A DNA stretch of 47,375 bases from a virus (taxonomy: Duplodnaviria > Heunggongvirae > Uroviricota > Caudoviricetes). Where the stretch lies: positions 71,520 through 118,894 of IMG/VR virus record IMGVR_UViG_2795385816_000003. The stretch is one strand, 5' to 3'. Below are positions 34,636 to 43,256 of the stretch, piece after piece. Under the pieces are notes generated by a model. The model saw nothing but the letters and a program-made list of their open reading frames with translations. It made no database searches and had not been told where the DNA came from. The translations under genes and the position numbers were made by a program. Numbering within the stretch: the first letter of the stretch is position 1; the number at the start of each line of letters is the position of its first letter.

Positions 34636-35912
34636 GCGAGCACTTTGCGATCGTCGGCGACGCCATCGCTCCGCAGCCCTGGATGCAGATGCGCCACCTC
34701 AAGGGCGCCGAAGTGCCTTCGGTGTCAAAGTCTTACGACACATCAGGTGGCGGCAACAAGAACGACGCAGTCCACGCTGTCGTGGTGTCCTGGACGAACA
34801 ACACCCCGATTCCGCAATCGGTCTACGGCATGGTGACCCGGGAGGGCGCCCAGGTGACGCTGCAGGCACGGTCCCGCGGCTACCTGCTCACCCTCCACGG
34901 CCGCGATATCACCGCAACCGCGGCGGTGCCGACATCGTGGGACATGGCCGAGGTCAGCAAGTTCGGTATCGGCGGCGACATCGGCAAGGGCGGAATCCTG
35001 GCTCTCGGCACCGGATTCGGGGTCAGCGAGATCCGGCAGAACTCCGCCAGCATCCCGTTGATGCCGCACTGGACCGGCTGGAGCATCGTGGCACCCGGGC
35101 AGACGTTCCACGGCCGGGTGGAGGTGCGGTTCCGGACGGACTTCTGGGAGAACACCTCGATCGATGGCGGTGACCAAAACACCGAGTCGGGCTTCATCTC
35201 CGGCGGCACCCGACTGGATCTCTACGCCACCCCGGTCATCGGTGAGCCACCTGTCTTGTCGACCCCCACGGTTGTCGGGATAGAGCACTCGGTGAACAAC
35301 ACCTTCCACACCGACGTCGATGTGCCCGCGGGCACTGCCTTAGGCGACTTGCTTATTGCGGTGGTATCCAACCAGTTCGGGCTCATCAGCGACATCAAGC
35401 CCGAGCAGACCGGCTGGACACAGGTCCACGCCCGCGACGGCGGCTGGGAAGACGCTCACATGAAGGTGTACGTGCGGGCCGCCAAAGCCACCGAACCGGC
35501 CTCCTACACGTTCGGCAACGGCTTACTGGCTGAGTCCATTGCACACCTGATCACCGTGCGCGGCGCCAACCCGCTGCTCGATGAGGGCTGGCAGTTCGCA
35601 TCGTCGCTACGCAAGAGATGGTGGGAACGCTATGACGGCCATATCTGCCCATCGATCGACCGCGCCGGACAACTGCTGCTGTTGGTGTCCTACATCCCGC
35701 ACAACGCGCTCCAAACCACGCTCACGCAGACCGTGCCGGCCGGGACGACGGAACTGGAGAACGTGGATGGGAACCTGGCATGCAGCGCGGTGGCCGCGCT
35801 GCCGAACCCGCCGCGGCCGACAGGGGAGCGCATGTTCGTCGCGTCGGAGGAACCGTCCTGGGCCGGCCGCTCCATCACGGCATCGATCCTGGTGCCCGGC
35901 ACGTTCCAGTAG
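34632..35912 (+). CDS. Minor tail protein (paralogue 3 of 3, with extra C-terminal domain)
   Basis: ATGA overlap; WTNNTPIPQSVYGMVTR; C-terminal VPAGT..GDLLIAVV beta domain. Confidence 0.7.
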   Translation: MSEHFAIVGDAIAPQPWMQMRHLKGAEVPSVSKSYDTSGGGNKNDAVHAVVVSWTNNTPIPQSVYGMVTREGAQVTLQARSRGYLLTLHGRDITATAAVPTSWDMAEVSKFGIGGDIGKGGILALGTGFGVSEIRQNSASIPLMPHWTGWSIVAPGQTFHGRVEVRFRTDFWENTSIDGGDQNTESGFISGGTRLDLYATPVIGEPPVLSTPTVVGIEHSVNNTFHTDVDVPAGTALGDLLIAVVSNQFGLISDIKPEQTGWTQVHARDGGWEDAHMKVYVRAAKATEPASYTFGNGLLAESIAHLITVRGANPLLDEGWQFASSLRKRWWERYDGHICPSIDRAGQLLLLVSYIPHNALQTTLTQTVPAGTTELENVDGNLACSAVAALPNPPRPTGERMFVASEEPSWAGRSITASILVPGTFQ

Positions 35913-35931
35913 TTGCGCCTCGGAGGTTCAC

Positions 35932-36288
35932 ATGTACGACCCGCCAGACAGTTTCGACGACATGCTCGGTGACGCGGACCTGGCCCCGCAGACGGGCCCG
36001 TTCGTCCCGCTCGAAGTCCCCGGTGTCGGGGTTGTCAGGGCGCGCCGGCCGATGCCCAACGCCGTGCCGGTGCTGGCCATGTCGGTGAACGCCAAGATCG
36101 ATGTTGTCGAGAAACAGGGCTACCTGACACTGTTCCTGCAGAACCACCTGGAATCCGGCGAGCACGAACGCATCTTGGTCACCATGATGGGCGGCGAACT
36201 GCCGGCCGACAGCATGGGCAGGGTTGCCCGCGCGATAGCGACATGGGGCACGGCCCGCCCTACCTTGCCGTCATCACGCTCAGTGTGA
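35932..36288 (+). CDS. Second tail assembly chaperone (gpG-like paralogue)
   Basis: SD GGAGG; RRPMPNAV..L...KQGYLTLFLQNHL aligns with RVPTPQAM..L...KNEISGLFIARHL of 21818-22324. Confidence 0.65.
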   Translation: MYDPPDSFDDMLGDADLAPQTGPFVPLEVPGVGVVRARRPMPNAVPVLAMSVNAKIDVVEKQGYLTLFLQNHLESGEHERILVTMMGGELPADSMGRVARAIATWGTARPTLPSSRSV

Positions 36289-36614
36289 TGGCGGCTACTC
36301 ACTGGCGGGCGATTCGGACCCGAATGCGGGGCGACGGTATCGCCGATCCGATGCGGCAGCTGCCGCACATGCACGCACTGATCGACGAAGCCGAGAAGGT
36401 GTGGCTGGAAGCCCTGCACACCGGCAACGAGGAAAAGGACAAGCGCGAGCGCGAGCAGCTGTTGGACCGGCTGTACGCGCCGACCACAGACGGCGCCGAG
36501 ACGCTGAACGGCGACGGATACCAAGCCAAACGCACGCCGCCGCCCGGGTTTGAAGATCCGGCCGAGGTCGAGGCTAACTTCGATGCGGTCGCGCGGGCTT
36601 TCGGCGGCCGGTAG
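36288..36614 (+). CDS. gpT-like tail chaperone domain (frame open from 36243; possible -1 frameshift fusion)
   Basis: TGATG overlap; HW...G..DP...LP...REQLLDRLYAP resembles actinophage gpT regions. Confidence 0.55.
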   Translation: MAATHWRAIRTRMRGDGIADPMRQLPHMHALIDEAEKVWLEALHTGNEEKDKREREQLLDRLYAPTTDGAETLNGDGYQAKRTPPPGFEDPAEVEANFDAVARAFGGR

Positions 36615-36617
36615 TTG

Positions 36618-36636
36618 CACGCCGCCGCCCTAGCCT
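36618..36636 (+). promoter_or_regulatory. CAC-box promoter (CACGC-N8-TAGCCT), leaderless to ATG 36644
   Basis: Shared motif; 7 nt to the start codon; no SD. Confidence 0.65.
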
Positions 36637-36643
36637 GCCCGGC

Positions 36644-37066
36644 ATGGCGAAGGTGGCGCAGGTGGTCCCGTATCTCGACATGTCGGCCCCGCGCGGCCAG
36701 CGCCTCGCACCAGAGATGCGCGAAGAGATCGCCGAAGTCGCGCCCTCGACCCTGAACGACGGCGCGGTCAAGACAGCGAAGCTGGCCGAAGGCGCCGTCA
36801 CCGAACCGAAACTGGCTGCCGGAGCGGTCACATCGCCCAAGATCGCGTCGAAGGGCGTCAAGGCCGTCAACATCGACGACGCTGCCGTTGGCACAGCCCA
36901 GCTGGCCGCTGGTGCTGTCACCGCAGCCAAGGCCGGCGTCGGTGTTGTCACTGCCCACGACAGCGCAGGCAACGCCATCAAGCTCGACGCAGTGCCCATG
37001 ACCTCGACCGACTACACAGCGCTGACGACCAAAGAACCCAACGTCCTCTACCTGCTGAGCGACTGA
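36644..37066 (+). CDS. Minor tail/fibre protein with AVT-x-x-KLA repeats
   Basis: GAVKTAKLAEGAVTEPKLAAGAVTSPKIA... 10-aa periodicity. Confidence 0.7.
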   Translation: MAKVAQVVPYLDMSAPRGQRLAPEMREEIAEVAPSTLNDGAVKTAKLAEGAVTEPKLAAGAVTSPKIASKGVKAVNIDDAAVGTAQLAAGAVTAAKAGVGVVTAHDSAGNAIKLDAVPMTSTDYTALTTKEPNVLYLLSD

Positions 37067-37764
37067 TGCCCGGTATCTACCTCGGCGGCACCGCTATCAA
37101 GGCAATGATGCTCGGCGAGAAGGCCATCACCCGGGCGTATCTCGGCGAAACCCTGGTGTGGTCAGCGAACCGAATCCGCGACGACTTCAACCGCGCTGAC
37201 GGCGATCTCGGCGTCAACTGGGTGATCAGCCCCAGCGTCGACGGCTATAAGCCCAGTGTGGTCGGCAATGTGTGCCGCCTCGGAGTGCCGGACGGGCTGC
37301 TCTCGCTGCAGCTGAACGGCGCTCACGCCCGCTACGTCGCCGCGCTGGACCGCGACGACGGCTATGTGGAGTTCCGCATCGGCAGCCAGGGGTCAGGGCC
37401 GAGCCTAACCGGTGACCTATGTAGAACCACGATCCTGGGGCGCGGGTCCAACAATGCTGTCACCGGTGGCGTTGGCGTGCAAATGGATTCATCGACACTG
37501 CGGATCGTGCGGAGGGCCGGGGTGGACACTGTGGTCAAGACGATCGGCACATTCGGCGCTGGCGATGTCATCCGGCACAACTTCGTCGGGAACGTACACA
37601 CGTTCCGCCGCAACGGCAGCCTGCTCGAAGAGTGGAACGACGAGAACGCCACCGCCCCCAAGGGAACAGGAAACCGGTCGCTGATCATCTCCGTGCAGGG
37701 CTCCAAGGATCTCTTGGGGCCACGCAGGTTTGGCCCGGCTATTGACTACGTGGAGATGGGCTGA
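37066..37764 (+). CDS. Minor tail protein (beta-sandwich/lectin-like)
   Basis: IYLG...Y.G..LVW N-terminus then DDFNRADG.LG..W. Confidence 0.7.
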   Translation: MPGIYLGGTAIKAMMLGEKAITRAYLGETLVWSANRIRDDFNRADGDLGVNWVISPSVDGYKPSVVGNVCRLGVPDGLLSLQLNGAHARYVAALDRDDGYVEFRIGSQGSGPSLTGDLCRTTILGRGSNNAVTGGVGVQMDSSTLRIVRRAGVDTVVKTIGTFGAGDVIRHNFVGNVHTFRRNGSLLEEWNDENATAPKGTGNRSLIISVQGSKDLLGPRRFGPAIDYVEMG

Positions 37765-37922
37765 TGTCGGCCCGGTCCTTCGTGCAGCTCGTCAAGTATC
37801 CGCTGTTCTATGTCGCGCTGGCCGGGGTCTCGTTCCGGATTGGTTGGTGTGCAGCCCATTACGTCAGTGACCGCATGGACAACTTTGATCCAGATATCGG
37901 TAAGGGGAAGTACGGATGGTGA
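37764..37922 (+). CDS. 52-aa single-TM protein (not in ORF track)
   Basis: TGATG overlap; MSARSFVQLVKYPLFYVALAGVSFRIGWCAAHYVSDRMDNFDPDIGKGKYGW*. Confidence 0.65.
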   Translation: MSARSFVQLVKYPLFYVALAGVSFRIGWCAAHYVSDRMDNFDPDIGKGKYGW

Positions 37923-38203
37923 TCAAGGACCGGATAGCTCAGTGGCGCGGGGAGTTGTTCGACAGCATCGGCAAGCAATGCGCGGCGGTGGTCCGTGAGC
38001 TGTTGGCGAAGTTCCTTAACGATTTTCGCCAGGATGTGCGTGCCGAGGTTGCCGCGGTCGCGCGTAAGGCCGACGAATCGGTGGACAAGCTCACCGACGC
38101 CATTCCCGGCACACTCGATGACCGCCTGTTCGACGGCCGGTTTGGTCAACTGCTGCAACGTCTTGAACAGCTGGTCCCGATCTTCGGTGGTGGCAGCCGA
38201 TGA
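37916..38203 (+). CDS. Hypothetical protein upstream of lysin A
   Basis: SD AAGGGG; overlaps both neighbours. Confidence 0.7.
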   Translation: MVIKDRIAQWRGELFDSIGKQCAAVVRELLAKFLNDFRQDVRAEVAAVARKADESVDKLTDAIPGTLDDRLFDGRFGQLLQRLEQLVPIFGGGSR

Positions 38204-39738
38204 GTTTCGTATGGTTCCGGCCCGACGGCCCGCTGCGCAGCCGCGAGCAGATCGCCTGCGAGGTGCACGCCGTGTCACTGGCACGTGGTCTTGACGAGCT
38301 CGCCACCGTTTTGGCGCTCATGTGCATCGACGTCGAGGTCGGCGCCGAAGACGACAACGGGCAGCGGCAGTGGTGGTGCCCGTGGAACGCGGCAGACCCG
38401 CAAACCGAGCAGTTCGACCACGACTCGCAATCCAACGATGCTCTCTCGTCGGGCTATTTCCAGCAGCAGGTCTCACGTCCTGGTGCGCCAGGGCGTCCCT
38501 GGGGCTGGGGCGGCCTGTTCGGCGACCTCAATGGTGCCAGGAAACGCATGACCCTGGCCGACTCCGCGGACATGTTCCTGGCCGCGCTGCCCGACGACTA
38601 CGGGCGCGCTGCTGGAAACCCAGCCGTGGCAGGGCAAGTCGTGCAGCAGGTCCAAAAGTCGGCGTTCCCGGATCGGTATGCGCAGCGTTGGGGCGAAGCA
38701 TGGTCGGTGCTGCGTCGCGCGCTGGCCGGCGGGCCAGTGGATCCGTCCGTGCCGACCACCCCGGATGTGCTGACACCGGCGCCCGGCTTCCGCGGAGACC
38801 CATACTGGCTGGCCGATGTGCTGCGCGCCGAGGGGCTGCGCGTTTTCGAGATGGACGGCTGGAAAGACCGCGGGGAAGGCGACCAAGGTGTGCTGTGGGG
38901 CGCGGTGTTCCATCACACCGGCAACGCCAACGAGACCCCAGAAGGGATCGCATTCCATCCGACGCTGGGGTTGGCCGCGCACCTGCTGATCCGGCCCAAC
39001 GGCGATGTATGGGTGTGCGGTATCGGCAAGGCCAATCATGCCGGTGTCGGGTCGTGGCCCGGGATTCCCACCGACAACGCCAACCCGGTGACGATGGGGG
39101 TAGAGGTCGCGATCCTGCCGCAGGAGAACGCCCCACACCGGACCGGCTGGCCGCCAGTGCAATACGAGGCCACGGTCAAGGCATTCGCAGCGATCCTACG
39201 CAAGCTCGCCCAGACGGCGAAACGCGCTATCTCCCACAAGGAATGGGCGCAACTCGGGCCCGCCGGGGTGCGGCAGGGCAAGTGGGACCCCGGCGCTATC
39301 GACATGAACATCTTCCGCACCGACGTCCAGAGACAAATCGACACCCGCACCACAGGAGGTTTCCTTATGGCCCTGACCGACTCCGAACAGCGCGAGATCC
39401 TGGATTACGTTCGCGCGCAGAACGCGCCGATCCCGTCAGCTTCGCCGCTACGGCACCTCGGCGAAGGCAACGTGAACACCCGCGCCAACCTGGCGCGCGC
39501 CATCGACGCCAACCAGCACGTGACCGCGGTGGTCACCCTGGCCAAGGAAGGTCACACACCGTCCATCGCGCTGCTCTGGGAGGTATCCACGGCGGCCGAC
39601 AACCCGGGCAAGTACCCGGACCGGCAGGAAGACGCCAAGCTCGCCAAGACGCTGCTGGCCAGCATCAGCAAGACCAAGAAGGCCGTCGCCGCCGAGGACA
39701 TCGAAGCGTGGCTCGACGCCGAGAAGGCTGCCGCATGA
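38200..39738 (+). CDS. lysA: Lysin A: lysozyme-like N-terminal domain, Amidase_2 domain, C-terminal binding region
   Basis: E...SSGYFQQ; VFHHTG...AAH...NHAG.G.W...GVEV...SHKEW...KWDPG amidase motifs. Confidence 0.9.
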   Translation: MSFVWFRPDGPLRSREQIACEVHAVSLARGLDELATVLALMCIDVEVGAEDDNGQRQWWCPWNAADPQTEQFDHDSQSNDALSSGYFQQQVSRPGAPGRPWGWGGLFGDLNGARKRMTLADSADMFLAALPDDYGRAAGNPAVAGQVVQQVQKSAFPDRYAQRWGEAWSVLRRALAGGPVDPSVPTTPDVLTPAPGFRGDPYWLADVLRAEGLRVFEMDGWKDRGEGDQGVLWGAVFHHTGNANETPEGIAFHPTLGLAAHLLIRPNGDVWVCGIGKANHAGVGSWPGIPTDNANPVTMGVEVAILPQENAPHRTGWPPVQYEATVKAFAAILRKLAQTAKRAISHKEWAQLGPAGVRQGKWDPGAIDMNIFRTDVQRQIDTRTTGGFLMALTDSEQREILDYVRAQNAPIPSASPLRHLGEGNVNTRANLARAIDANQHVTAVVTLAKEGHTPSIALLWEVSTAADNPGKYPDRQEDAKLAKTLLASISKTKKAVAAEDIEAWLDAEKAAA

Positions 39739-40901
39739 ACGGGCCTGACGGGAAGTGGATCGGCTACGGGGAGGGTGATGAATCCGACGCGGTGATACCG
39801 ATCGAACGCCGGCTGTTGCTCGCCTATCCGAAGAACAGCCGCGCTATCGAACACGGCGTCATTTTGGACCGCAAGTACACCGCGGCCACCAAGGCTTCTG
39901 TCATTGACATCACCACATTCATGAACAACGACCCCGGCGAATTGGAGCGGCTGCAGCGCATGGGGATCGCCACCCCACTGCGCAGTGACGGCGTGGCGAA
40001 CCTCGACGTACGCAAGGCCATCGGCGCCTATGTCGAAGCCTCCACCAACCCGGCGCCGTCCCTGTACCCGATCCAGGGCGTGTGGGCTGATTCGCGGGCG
40101 TTCCTGAATCCGCCGACAGCGCACAGCTTCGCCAAGGCCACCAACGATTTCCGCGACGAAGCGATGCGCCCCTACCGGCCGATGGCGGGCACACCCATCT
40201 GGCTTATCGGCTACAGCATGGGCGGGGTATCGGTGCAGAAGTTCCTGACCGCGCTCCCGCCCGAATGGCGCGAATACGTCTTCGGCGTAACCATATTCGG
40301 CGACCCGGCGATGCCCGCCGAAGGCAGCCTCAATGGAAATGATCCGGGGGAGGGGATCTCCAAAACTCCTCAGCCCTCCTGGGTGTGGGACCGCTACTGG
40401 TCCTATTCGATCGACGGCGACTGGTACCCGCGTGCCCGCGGCCTGCTGTTCCTGTTGTACGAGCTCCTGACTCGCGCAGAGCTGACCTTGGATTTCGCCA
40501 GCTATCTGTTCACCGTGTTCCCGAAACAGGCGTTCCAGCAGCTACTCGGGACCGCGCCGAGCGACGACCCACTGCATGGAGTGTTGAACGGCCTGGCCGG
40601 ACTGATGACGTCGGGCCCCGCGAATGTGTTTGGCGCGGTACTCAATCCGCTGCAACTGTTCGCGATCCTGCCCGACCTAGTGCGCCTGCTATTCGACGCC
40701 ATCAAGTTCATCGCCACCGGCGCACACGGCAAGTACGGAGACCCTGCATACGCCCTTTGGGACGGCATGACCGCAGTCGACCACGCAGTGAAGACCATCC
40801 GACAGCAAGCGCCGGATGGCTGCACACTGTTCCTGCTGCCGGGTACATGGGACGTATGGAACCACGGATTCCAGTTCGATGTTGCGGCTCAGCTCCAGTA
40901 G
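39735..40901 (+). CDS. lysB: Lysin B (cutinase-like serine esterase), apparently circularly permuted
   Basis: ATGA overlap; GYSMGG nucleophile, FGDP, DGDWY and HGKY motifs; N-terminal peptidoglycan-binding-like region. Confidence 0.88.
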   Translation: MNGPDGKWIGYGEGDESDAVIPIERRLLLAYPKNSRAIEHGVILDRKYTAATKASVIDITTFMNNDPGELERLQRMGIATPLRSDGVANLDVRKAIGAYVEASTNPAPSLYPIQGVWADSRAFLNPPTAHSFAKATNDFRDEAMRPYRPMAGTPIWLIGYSMGGVSVQKFLTALPPEWREYVFGVTIFGDPAMPAEGSLNGNDPGEGISKTPQPSWVWDRYWSYSIDGDWYPRARGLLFLLYELLTRAELTLDFASYLFTVFPKQAFQQLLGTAPSDDPLHGVLNGLAGLMTSGPANVFGAVLNPLQLFAILPDLVRLLFDAIKFIATGAHGKYGDPAYALWDGMTAVDHAVKTIRQQAPDGCTLFLLPGTWDVWNHGFQFDVAAQLQ

Positions 40902-40929
40902 TGCCTGCTCCGCACGAGCGGAGCAGGCA
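40902..40929. terminator. Hairpin at the convergence of the late operon and the leftward block
   Basis: TGCCTGCTCCGC-ACGA-GCGGAGCAGGCA, 12-bp stem. Confidence 0.75.
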
Positions 40930-40989
40930 GGGCCTTCGCTCGCTGTCAGCCCGACCGCCGAATCCCCGGATCGTTCCTGCACCGGGCCC

Positions 40990-41148
40990 CTAGTTCATAT
41001 GGTGGAGCTTGAACCCGATATCCGCGACTGCTTCTGCCAGCTTCTCGATCGCCTCAGCCATATAGCGCTCGTATTCGTTGTTGGCCGCCGTCTTCGCCGA
41101 GGCCGCCAATTGTTGGGCGGTCTTGGCGTTGTTGCGTGAGGTAGCCAT
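40990..41148 (-). CDS. 52-aa hypothetical protein (not in ORF track)
   Basis: SD AGGAGA; MATSRNNAKTAQQLAASAKTAANNEYERYMAEAIEKLAEAVADIGFKLHHMN*. Confidence 0.65.
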   Translation of the reverse strand: MATSRNNAKTAQQLAASAKTAANNEYERYMAEAIEKLAEAVADIGFKLHHMN

Positions 41149-41166
41149 GATTCTCCTACTCGGGGT

Positions 41167-41475
41167 CTAGGGGTAGATGTGGTACTGGGGCTGCCCGAGC
41201 GGAGTCGGGGGAAACTCGTTCGGGTCGATCGGGTAGCAGCGGCCGGTGGACGGTACCCACCCGCTGACCTGACCGTACTGGCCGAACGTCGCCTGCGGCG
41301 CCGAGGTGAAGCAGCGATCCCAGGTGCCGTCCGCCTTGATCGGGCCGTCGCAGTATTGCGCGAACGGCTGCGTTTCACATCCCGCACTAGCCGGCGCCGC
41401 GAGTCCGATTCCGACGCCGGCAGGGATGGCAACCGCGGCCGTCACCGCAAGGCGGATTCGTCTGGTGATCGACAT
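41167..41475 (-). CDS. Small secreted Cys-containing protein (CDGP-motif type)
   Basis: Signal peptide ending APASA-G; YCDGP...DGTWDRC motif. Confidence 0.75.
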   Translation of the reverse strand: MSITRRIRLAVTAAVAIPAGVGIGLAAPASAGCETQPFAQYCDGPIKADGTWDRCFTSAPQATFGQYGQVSGWVPSTGRCYPIDPNEFPPTPLGQPQYHIYP

Positions 41476-41564
41476 ATTTCGGTTTCCCCCTCGGTATGAA
41501 GCTGAGGGGACTTTACAAGATCACACCCAGGTCAGAAGTGGTAACGCTGGTGTTCAGGCCGAGC

Positions 41565-41894
41565 TTACGGTGTGTAGGGCAGCCCTTGGGAAGCTCGGCG
41601 GCACTTTCGTGCGATGTCCAATTGCATCCGCTCCGCGGTGCATGCGAAATCCCAGAGCACGTCTGCAACCAGTCGAATTACGCTGGTCGGGACCGGAGAA
41701 GTGCCGGAGAACTTGCCGACCAGGGCCGCCAGAGGCCCTGTGACGGGGTCCGACTCGGTGCCGATGCCTAACAGCTCGGTGATCTGGTCCAGTTCTTGAG
41801 AGACATCGAGCTGGCTGTTTTTATGTACAGCTTCTTCCAGGCCGTCGACTTTCTCGGCGGCCTCGCGCAATTCTTCGGGTTTCCATAGCAACAT
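41565..41894 (-). CDS. Hypothetical protein (109 aa)
   Basis: Protein-like ORF co-oriented with the toxin block. Confidence 0.55.
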   Translation of the reverse strand: MLLWKPEELREAAEKVDGLEEAVHKNSQLDVSQELDQITELLGIGTESDPVTGPLAALVGKFSGTSPVPTSVIRLVADVLWDFACTAERMQLDIARKCRRASQGLPYTP

Positions 41895-41956
41895 ACGAGG
41901 ATCGTCTCAGGCCTCTCGCCGGAGTGGGGCGACACGCCGATGCAGGGTCATGCTGG

Positions 41957-42655
41957 TCACGCGAGGAAGTCGGAGACCTGCCCTCTAATGGCGGAGATTT
42001 CGTCGTCGATCCTTGGACGTGGCCATGCTTGGGAACCACCGAAAGCCCACATGACTGACAGTTCGCGCAGCTTGGCGATTGCGTAGGAGAACTCGGGGAG
42101 TTTCAGGGGAGGCGTGTACGCGTCGGATTTGATCTGTTCGACGACTAATCCGTTCAACCTGTTCGTCATGGCTTGATGGATCACCGGTGGCCCGAGATGT
42201 CCGTCGTTTTCTGGTAGCGACAGCCACAGCTCGACGTCGGCAGCCCGCGGGTCACCGCTGATCGTGAGAAGACGGTGGGTAGCGGCGATCGTCGCCTCGC
42301 ATGGACTCCACAGGCCGTAGTTGCCGATGAACGGGACGTCCTTGGCCACTACCGCGAGACCGTAGAGGACATCCTGCGTTGCAACCAAACTGAGCAACAT
42401 CGCCGGCTCAAAGAGGAGCTGCATGCCGACATCCCCGCCGACAGTGCCCTTCTTCATAGCTCGATCCACGATCCCGTGTCCGCGCTTACTCAGAAGCGAT
42501 GCGGACCCGTCATACAAGTCGGACAGTCGAGGCTTGATCTCACAGTTGAGTTCGGCGATCTGCGCCGTTGAAAATCGCGTGATGTCTACTGCCCCTTGAT
42601 GGCCACCAAGCGCGGTGGGGGCGATCCGGGGCCGTTCTTCTGGCCGTGTTCCCAA
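41957..42655 (-). CDS. Hypothetical protein downstream of the immunity gene (start uncertain)
   Basis: 232-aa ORF overlapping the immunity gene 3' end by 70 nt. Confidence 0.6.
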   Translation of the reverse strand: MGTRPEERPRIAPTALGGHQGAVDITRFSTAQIAELNCEIKPRLSDLYDGSASLLSKRGHGIVDRAMKKGTVGGDVGMQLLFEPAMLLSLVATQDVLYGLAVVAKDVPFIGNYGLWSPCEATIAATHRLLTISGDPRAADVELWLSLPENDGHLGPPVIHQAMTNRLNGLVVEQIKSDAYTPPLKLPEFSYAIAKLRELSVMWAFGGSQAWPRPRIDDEISAIRGQVSDFLA

Positions 42656-43209
42656 AGTTGTTGCGTGAATGTCAGATACACATCCACGGAATCGAGGCTC
42701 AGATTAGCGGCCTCACGCTTACCGCCGTAGAACCCCGGCACGCTCGCCCCGGCGCAGGCGTCGAATGGCAGCTGGCTGATCCCTGTCGTGATCATCCACT
42801 CACCAAACAGTTCAGGTAGGAGAAAGCTCTGAGCAAGCGGAACGCTCAGTGCCCGCTCGAATGAGTGCGCGTCGACCCACGGCGTGACCGAACCGTCGAA
42901 GGGGTCGAGGACCACGACAGTGCGTGAGGTCTGGGCCGGGTCGGGTTCCCCCTCGGGGGTAAGTCGGCTTGTGACGGCGAACTGACGTGCCAGCCAATCA
43001 AATGCGAACACCTCGGCGGCGAGTCCGCGCGTTCCGAACATCGCATCAACCACCTGTTGCGCCGCGGGCGCTGAGGTGGCGTCGTGGAATCGGAACAGAC
43101 CACTGTTCATCGAACGGCCGCATAGCCCGCGATCGGCGAACATGCCGCCAATCAAGCCGGGAACCCAAGCGACACTTGGCCGTGTCGGCGGGTCGAATGC
43201 GAATTCCAT
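42586..43209 (-). CDS. Toxin immunity protein (Tdi1/DUF1851-like)
   Basis: G.S.NSGLFR.H, FAFDWL.RQFA and C.G..VP.F.GG....NL...DVY motifs; SD AGGAAG. Confidence 0.8.
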   Translation of the reverse strand: MEFAFDPPTRPSVAWVPGLIGGMFADRGLCGRSMNSGLFRFHDATSAPAAQQVVDAMFGTRGLAAEVFAFDWLARQFAVTSRLTPEGEPDPAQTSRTVVVLDPFDGSVTPWVDAHSFERALSVPLAQSFLLPELFGEWMITTGISQLPFDACAGASVPGFYGGKREAANLSLDSVDVYLTFTQQLWEHGQKNGPGSPPPRLVAIKGQ

Positions 43210-43256
43210 CGATCTTCCTAAATGGTCGTTACCGGAGGTCCTGTCGACAGCGTATG

